NCBI GenBank assembly: GCA_049968235.1
Contig: JBMFRC010000001.1
Span: 96,001 to 160,000, forward strand
Direction: 5' to 3'
Origin: Candidatus Hydrogenedens sp.
Lineage (GTDB): Bacteria; Hydrogenedentota; Hydrogenedentia; Hydrogenedentales; Hydrogenedentaceae
DNA: 64,000 nt
Shown: in pieces, positions 52,915-61,300 of the stretch
Layout: each line of letters begins with the position of its first letter
Numbering within the stretch: position 1 is the first letter of the stretch
Position numbers and translations under genes: made by a program
Notes under the pieces: model-generated
Databases searched by the model: none
The model's input: the letters and a program-made list of their open reading frames with translations, nothing else
What the model was told of the DNA's origin: nothing

Positions 52915-55332
52915 TTATTGTTTCTTTCTCACAAGGCTTTTGAGATATAACAAATAGTCTTCAAGCGATATATTCGTATTGGTTTCATCCATTTTCTGAA
53001 CAGAAGACATGGATTGAATTGCCTTTTTATCTGTATTATAGAAAATGCTGTCATACTCACTATAGGGTTTTACAAATTGTTTGCCCGTTTGAGGATTTTC
53101 TGTAACTACAGTTACACTTCTTGTTCCTGCATATAAAGTCCATTTACTGCTTTTAGGCAAATAACGCAAATAAATAATGGCTTTGTCTCCGACTTTAAAT
53201 TCGGGCATCTCCGAGCAAACCATAGCATAGCCATTCACTCTACCCCCGGGGATGGTAAAGATTACAGAACTATTCTCGTTAACAGGTCCTTTTATTGTTT
53301 CTATCACTTTAACTTCAACATCTGTGTATATTCTCATATTTTCTGTCATATAACTGTTTAGCGAAAGGACTTCTGCATTGACTACTGCATCGGATTGGTT
53401 CGTAAGTTCGTCTGTATTAAGAAAGGCGATTCTCGCAGAAGCATTAGAAAGAAATCCAAAAATAGACACTGCAATAATAATGAAAAGTATTGTGGTTTTT
53501 GCTTTTGTTTTAACAGATTGCATTTTCTTTATCTTCCTCCATATAACAAGCAGAATCATAATTGCTATGAGGGAACTCCAGATATTATTTTTAACTAACC
53601 ATGCAAGACTATATACGGTGCCGGCAAATATATATCGCATCATTTCTGATCTTAATATTACCTTAGAAATCATCGGAGCCATTGTATAATATATATCAAC
53701 AAAGGCAATTCCCATACCTGAATTCATCAAATAATTATCTCTAAAAATTCTCAAATCGTTAGACAAAGAAATCGAACCTAATGTGCCAGTAGTCGTTGTC
53801 GTTGTAGTAGTTCCTGTTGGGACTTCAATAATATTCATAGGACAGACATCATTGGGGTCTCCAAACATAGGTTTTCGATTTGTCCTCATTTGAGGGAGTG
53901 TTTTACCTGTAGTACTACTTACAACCACATTTTTTGTAAAACTCCATACCAATCCGGTACCTGCATCTTTACTGCTTACATCCAGTACATTTTCAACTTC
54001 GTGAAACACCTCTGACATAAAGTTCGTTTGATAATCTGTATCAGCACGAGTTGTTACAGAATAACTATTGGGTCCCTGAATACTATCTACATCAGAGGGG
54101 GGTATTCCTTCTGGAGCCTGACGGTCTAATCCCGTTCCGTTCAAAGCATTTAAGGTTAATGTGTAGGAAGGGGTAAACAATTCGCCATCTTTACCGGGAA
54201 CTTCCATGGTTTTCCATAAACCGATGAGATTAAATTTACCTTGAAGTTGCTTATTAATGAGTGGCTCGTATAAACCTACCATTGTACTGAATAAAGGCAC
54301 ACGCGAGGTATTGGGATTATTATCTACATCTGCCCAGGCGACAACATGTCCACCGGGGAGTGGAATAGAAGGAATTCCAGACCCTCTTCGTGTTCTGCTT
54401 CTTGCTTCATGTTTTATATCAAAGAAATTTTCCTGAGCACCCCTTGGATAAAGCCATGAAATACCTGAAATATCATCCGGAGCAAGGTCTTTCCCGCCAT
54501 CTTCTCGTTGACCATTCGGTAGTTCTACTTCAAAATAAATAGGGAACATAGTCGGTGTTGCTCCGATATACTGATGCAGACCATCGGGCATTGTCCTCCA
54601 CACGACAGGATTTTCTATAAGGTAAGAAGGTAATTCATCCCCTTCATTTAAATAAATAGCTCTTAAATTGTTCAAGGGGGTATGGTCTAATCCTAAAAAA
54701 TGCCCCAATTCATGAACAAGTGTTCCTTTTAAATCTGCTAATGGTTCATCACCGGATTCTGAATTATATCGGTGTGCCGTTGCAGATATAACAATATCAC
54801 GGTCAACAACTGTCCCCGCAGAAATAGGGTATATCTGCCCGTTATGTTCGTATACTGTATCGGTAACTGTAAAAAGTGTGAGTGTTACTCCCAATATTCC
54901 TCCACCCACATCCACTGTTTCCGGGTCCGGTTCAACATTCTCACCGGTATCATCTGCTTCGGTAACATACATGGATATCGTGGGCAGGGAATCGGGCACT
55001 GTCAGGGAAATAGGGTCTTCGTAATAACCTATAATCCGAAAGCAGGCGTAGGAAGTTGTAACTTCCTCCCAGACCTTTAATGCTTCTTTAACTTTTTCTA
55101 TTTCATCATCGGTAAAGCCTCTTTTCCCTCTTTCTATATAAATACCGATACCTTCTCCTGTGGTTATTTTACCATCGTTGTTCGTATCAAATTCGTAGAA
55201 GGGCCATCGTGCCAATCGTAATACATTAAATGCATCAAATCCACCGGAGGGGAAAAATGCATAACTATTCCATTGGCAAATAGAAATAATTAATAATGTT
55301 AATGAATATACAAATAATAGTTGTTTTTTCAC
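52915..55332 (-). CDS. Secreted metzincin-type zinc metalloprotease (805 aa; probable GTG start). A C-terminal region contains two hydrophobic segments and a domain of about 180 aa.
   Basis: It has the signal peptide MKKQLLFVYSLTLLIISICQWNSYA and the zinc motif LVHELGHFLGLDHTP (HExxHxxGxxH, M10/serralysin-like). A Thr-rich linker (TTTTTTTTGT) follows. The C-terminal hydrophobic segments are ...IWSSLIAIMILLVIWRKIKK followed by MQSVKTKAKTTILFIIIAVSIFGFLSNASA|RIA. An AAAGGAGT Shine-Dalgarno lies 7 nt upstream of the GTG. Confidence 0.65.
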   Translation of the reverse strand: MKKQLLFVYSLTLLIISICQWNSYAFFPSGGFDAFNVLRLARWPFYEFDTNNDGKITTGEGIGIYIERGKRGFTDDEIEKVKEALKVWEEVTTSYACFRIIGYYEDPISLTVPDSLPTISMYVTEADDTGENVEPDPETVDVGGGILGVTLTLFTVTDTVYEHNGQIYPISAGTVVDRDIVISATAHRYNSESGDEPLADLKGTLVHELGHFLGLDHTPLNNLRAIYLNEGDELPSYLIENPVVWRTMPDGLHQYIGATPTMFPIYFEVELPNGQREDGGKDLAPDDISGISWLYPRGAQENFFDIKHEARSRTRRGSGIPSIPLPGGHVVAWADVDNNPNTSRVPLFSTMVGLYEPLINKQLQGKFNLIGLWKTMEVPGKDGELFTPSYTLTLNALNGTGLDRQAPEGIPPSDVDSIQGPNSYSVTTRADTDYQTNFMSEVFHEVENVLDVSSKDAGTGLVWSFTKNVVVSSTTGKTLPQMRTNRKPMFGDPNDVCPMNIIEVPTGTTTTTTTTGTLGSISLSNDLRIFRDNYLMNSGMGIAFVDIYYTMAPMISKVILRSEMMRYIFAGTVYSLAWLVKNNIWSSLIAIMILLVIWRKIKKMQSVKTKAKTTILFIIIAVSIFGFLSNASARIAFLNTDELTNQSDAVVNAEVLSLNSYMTENMRIYTDVEVKVIETIKGPVNENSSVIFTIPGGRVNGYAMVCSEMPEFKVGDKAIIYLRYLPKSSKWTLYAGTRSVTVVTENPQTGKQFVKPYSEYDSIFYNTDKKAIQSMSSVQKMDETNTNISLEDYLLYLKSLVRKKQ

Positions 55333-55398
55333 GGTCCGAACTCCTTTCTTTCGTCCGGAATTATCAATCTTTGTTTTTTCATTTATAATTTCATCTCC

Positions 55399-58300
55399 TT
55401 ATGTTGTCTGTTTTTTCTTTGCAGACAGGAGAAACAGCAAAACTGCAATTACCAGACCTATATCAAAGGCATAAGCACTGAAACTTGATTGTTGAGTATC
55501 TTGTCTTTCAGCACAACCAAACATATAAAAACGTTTTTTAGGTGTCTGGGCATCATTTGCATATTCGAAACCTCCTACGAGCGTTTTTTCTGTCCCCTGG
55601 TCTATATTTTTCACAGTAACATCCAGAGATCCTACTGTTGGAATACCGCCCAATGGGAAAGTTATCAGGATGGATGTCCCGTCTGCTGATACAGATTGGA
55701 CAGGCATTAATGTATTTCCGAAATATACCTGTATATTTTCAATCGTTGAGAAATTGGATCCTTGTATGGTTACCGGAAATTCTTTTGATGTACCTTTGTT
55801 CGGATTTATGGAATTGATAATAGGTATCCGTCCCACAGGCTTCGATGTAAGTGTAAATAAATCGGTCCGTGAGGCTTCATCTCCGTTAGAAGTGTTCCGT
55901 ACCAATAAAACTATAGGCTCCATAGGAACAACTCCGGGCATTGTACTAACGGCTATAGTTATGCTGGTATCCGTTGCCTGAATAACACGAACTTGATAAC
56001 CGGATAAACGCACTACAGGGTTGTTTCCAAAATTCCTTCCATATATAACCAATGTAATTTCCTGCCCTTCAAGGGTCTGTATGGGTAATTCAGAGATAGA
56101 TGTGGATTCTATTACCAGTGAAGATGGGGCTATGATTCTATTTATAGAATTAATTACACCGGTTCTCCGTTTCTTGGTGCAATGGGAACGAACCCAGTTT
56201 ACACCCGAATTATCGGCTTTTGCTCCTGCTTTTTTCCCATCCATATAATATCGAACAGGAGGCTCTTTGAAATAGGTAATGAATCCCAGTCCTCTAACGC
56301 CCCATGGAAATTCTCTAAATTTACGGAAATCATTTCTTTGCTCACCTGACAGACGAGCCCAGGTATCGGGGTCAGGTTCTGTTGGTGTATTAGGTCCCCA
56401 GTTAACCACTCCAATTCTGAAATTCACACCGGTTCTCATTTTATCTGAGGCACGTAATATAACAAAGAAATCGGGACCATAAAAAGGATTCTTGTTATTT
56501 GAACCAAACGATGTAGGTATCCATTGACGATTACGAGATTGTTGCACACGAGGAATAGGCACATCATCTGTACCCGGACTGGAAAACACAAATTTAACCT
56601 GGGTGGCTTCACCTGTTTGACCGATATAATAAGGTGTTGCATCTAAGGGTATTGGAATATCTATGTCTGCATCAAAGATGCCATTCCTGTTTCTTGGGTC
56701 AGCGTCATTATCTCGATATAAAGCAATACCACTAATCTGTGGGTCAATATGAAGAGGTAACAAATCATTCAATGGATTAAAGTTCGCATTTGTACCTTCA
56801 TCATAAAATTCCAATGTAACTTCTTCTAAGAAACTGGGATTGCGTTCAATCCGCCAGGAACCATTGCGTGGAGTCCCGCTCAGTAAATACACCTGATTCG
56901 TTGTATTCCCCACAATTTCATAAGATTCAAAAGCAGAATCTATCAAGAAATCTCCAATAAGTGAGTTCGGTTCAAAAGTCACACCGGATACTGTAAATGT
57001 TTTTTCAGAACCTACACCATTTGTTCCTTGATAAAGACTATCTTCGGGTCTGTTCGTTGAAATATCAAATCCCATTACACAAAAGGAGGGACCTCCGGGA
57101 ACAATTGCTTGTTGTTGACTTGTAAAGTCATATATTTGCACGGGTATATTTGTCTCAAGCATATCGTTCCCGTAGAAGTCCTGGACAGGGTCTTCTTCCG
57201 GACTTGATTTAATATATGCAGTGGAACTAGTATTAACCTGTGGGAAGAATTGAATACCTGCTTTTTTCTCCGAATCGCTTCTTCCGGGTAGTGTTGCTGG
57301 TATTACCGCTCTGAAGGATTGGAATCGTTTCCCTTTATCATTCAGTCGAACAGTAATGAAGAGGTCATCTCCGGGATTATTTCCGGTTTCATTCGTTATT
57401 TGTTTCTCTAAGGATTGATTTGTGGTATTTGTCTCTTCGCTCGATTTCTCTTTTATATTCTTTTCAAATATGACATCGCTGAAATCTATATTTCCACATT
57501 CTATTGGAACAGTACCAAAAAGGAAATTCATAAAATCATCCGTAGGTAATCGCCACTTTTCTTTTGGATACATGGTAAGAACCCATGCATAATCTCGCTG
57601 GTCGATTAGACCATTACCATCCATATCATCCGGAGAACCATCTCCATCAATATCAATAGGTTCAGGCCAAGAACTCCATTGTAAATTATTCAATGGGACA
57701 GGCTTATCTCCTATATTTGGCATTGGCAAATCCCAGTAGGTTGCCAATAGTTTGGGTTCAAAGAAAATTCCATTCTGGTCGGTATCTTCCCAAAGCAAGA
57801 CACCCGAGTCGTAACTCTTACCATCCGGGTCCAGTGGCATAAGTAAATCCGGAGAGAAATCAGGTCCCCAGAACGCAACAACAATTTTTGCTACAGATGG
57901 GGCTTCCTGCCCTTCATTGTTTACGACATAATCACCCGAACCTACCAAATTAATACCTAACATAGCGGTATGTTCCGAGTTAATATCTGTTTTTTGTGTA
58001 AGTAATCTTGCTCGATTAAACTCCGAAGCCCACTGACTTGCCCGCGGATATTCATTAGGACCTATATTGCGAGACCATGTAGTATAATCCGGTAAGGCAG
58101 GTTGGTCTAAGGGATTTACATACGCAGAGGAACGCGTGTCCGGACCCAAAATATTCACATGGTCAAACGGAACTGTCTCATAAGCATATTGCCCTCTACT
58201 ATGAGTATAGTCAAAACTAACGGTAAATGTGTTATTATCTGTAATAGAATAAGTAAATCCACCAAATTCACGCCATCTTGTTACACCTACCGAATGTAAA

Positions 58301-61300
58301 TTCAAGAATTGTGTCCTTATCTTTCCTTCGGGGTCCATCCACTTATCAAAATCTTTTGGATAATCGTATAATCCGACGGAATAGCCAAGACAATTTCCTA
58401 AATTAATAGAACCGGAACCATAGAATATATCTGATTCAAATTTATAAGGGGAATCGGATGTATAAGTTAACACTAAGTCATGGACATCCAACCCTACTTT
58501 CATAGGTTTTGTAGATTTTTCATTTACTGTTCGTTGATTCCACCACGGTTCTTGTTGTCCCCATCTCAAATCTGATTGCCAGGGAGGACCTCCCCCATCC
58601 AAAAGTCCGCCTAATGGAGGAATCTGGGAATCTACATAAATACCTCCTGTAGGTTTACCATTATTATCAACCCGTCTTGGCTCTATAAAGACGCGGAAAT
58701 CTGCACCCATCATAACACCATTACCATCAGGTACGGTCTGAGAAACATCCTTAAATCCACTGTCTGTTCTTATTACAACGAAGTAATCACTCGCATATTC
58801 ACTTCCTGTAGCCACACCAACATAATTATCCGGTATCGGCTCAACAAAACCGGAGACATCGTTATCACTGGGAGTAACATATCTCCTTCGTCCATAGAAG
58901 AAACGAAGATTTATCTTCCACCATGGGTCTCCTCCTCCCGGTGGGAATGGTATGTATTCCCAATTGAGTAGTTGACCTGTAGGCAAAATAAAACCTTCAG
59001 ACAGATTAATTCCGATTACCGTCTCGGGTAATAATGGATAGTCACCGTTTAACTGGACTCCTTGTCCATCAGGAAGTGGTGTCGGTGGGTCAAATTTACC
59101 GTTATTATTTGTATCATGCCACACCCAAACACCATTAAAAACAATATCCTGGAATAACACCTTGTCACTATTTATCAAAAGTCCATTTATTTGAGTAGAA
59201 ACTTTATCCAAAGATTCACGAGGGTCAAAACCTCCATTGCCGGGAGGACCGTATGGGTCTGCTCCAATATCTGTAAAAATAACATTTACCTCTCGAAGTT
59301 GTGACCATATCCTCTTCTCTGCGGTATAACGCGGTCCTACTAACGTGTCATATCCATCTGCATGCACAGATTTTGTAGAATGGACATTTATTCCTATCAC
59401 AGGTTTCCATGTATCCATAGCAACCAGGCGACGGAACGACAATAGTTCTCCGGCATACATATATAACAGTTGGTTAAACTTTGACCACTTGGGGCGTGTA
59501 TGTTCTGCAAGAGGTGTATATAACCGCGTCGGATAATTCCATGCATCAAAACCACTATACTCCCATTGCTCAGGATTGATAATACCGTTCAAATCCCAAA
59601 CAGTAAAACTGGCAGAATAGCCTGTGTCGGATATCATTTTTTCTGGTTTTTTCGCATCATAGAAGTTTGGGTCATACTCATCTATTGCATCTCCATCTGT
59701 ATTTCTTGGAAAGATACCATTAAGTTTTATCATCTCCGCACGAAGAACATCACAAGCCATAGTAATCTGGCTTCGCCATGTGGCAGATGTTCGAACGGCG
59801 ACAATATAGGAATTTCCATCAAATCCTTCATCTTGATTGGGAGCCGTTACAACAGGATAATCCGGTTTATCTGGTGTTCCACTCCCAATAAAGTTCAGCC
59901 TATAAGTAATACCCTCCGGAGAATATGGATTTTGCGTCAGAATTTGTGCTAATGGCGTTCCATCCGAATTCCACTTAAATAACAATTCATCATAATAGGG
60001 GTCTAATTGATTATTATATTCTTCTTTCTTTGAATAGTTTTCCCTGAATAAGGCAAATTCTAATAAATCAGAAATATTGGGACCTCCCTGATTCCCATAA
60101 TTTAACTCACCTTGACTTCTTTTATCCGCTCGAATTCGATATACTAACGATTTCAAAACTCGTGGAGCCGGATTTTCCGGGTCATAGCCCATTGTAAAAT
60201 TAAATAATGGAACCCAGTCTGTCAAGGGCAAAAGTGCTTCTTTATCTTTGATTATAGATTGGACAGAGAATTTGGCACTTGGCTCCTCTTGATTTTCACC
60301 TTCTGTTGTTCCTTCTGTTTGCCCTTCTCCTTCTGTCGTTGATGGACAACCAATACATGGACCTACAGTTATATAATTAGGTATCAGATAACATAGTTTC
60401 ATGGTCTCATTAGTATTTACATTTTTAAATGTTACTTCAAGAGTGACAGAATAGAATCCTTCTTTAGTGTATCTATGTATCGGGTTCTGTTGTGTGGATT
60501 CTATAGCAGGGACATTATCTCCAAAACTCCAGGACCATGCAGTAACTTTCCAGATATCTGTTCCGACGGACATATCCCTAAACTGCACATCCAGGCCCGG
60601 TTCTTTTTCACCCATAGCATCCGGCGTTATGTATCCTGAATTGGGTTGGGCAGTGAAGCTAACATAGGGAGCACTTAATATTTCTATATAATCTCTTTTA
60701 ATTTTAGATGCACTTAATCCATTCTTATCTTTTATAACGACGCTGACGGTATATGTTCCTGCCTGGGAATATGTATGTGTTGGATTTCTATCTGTGGATT
60801 GTGTACCATCTCCGAAATCCCACTGAACGGAAGCCAGCGTTATTCCACTACCCGGAACTAATGTAAATTTAATTTGTCCTCCGGGTATCTGTCTCTGTCT
60901 ATCCGCCGTAAAATCAACGGTTGGTACCTGCAAAGCCACTATTGTCTTGGTACGACCGGAAGCAACCGGATTTGTGCGAATCCAGTTTAATCCCAATCTG
61001 TCCGATTGAGCCTGGCTCATGTCCACTTCCGCTCGTGCTGTCCATTTGCGGAGTCTATCATTATATGCCCAATAACGATAAATAAGTGGGTCCTTAAAGA
61101 AACTAATAAACCCTAATGCACGATTTCCCCATGGGAATTCGGAATATAGGTAGAACAATCCATCGTTAATATCACCGGCACCCGGATATATACGAACAAA
61201 ATTATCCGGGTCGGGTTCCGTAGGGGTATCTCCACCAAACGAGACTATTGCTGCCTGGAATGCATCTCCTGCACTTATTGCAGATGATGTTCGGATTACC

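Noticed and set aside
55333-55398. Direct-repeat-like motif ggtccgaa...gtccggaa upstream of the protease gene as a possible regulatory hairpin
   Set aside because: The two copies are in direct, not inverted, orientation and are imperfect. The sequence is more simply explained as a Shine-Dalgarno (AAAGGAGT) plus spacer.
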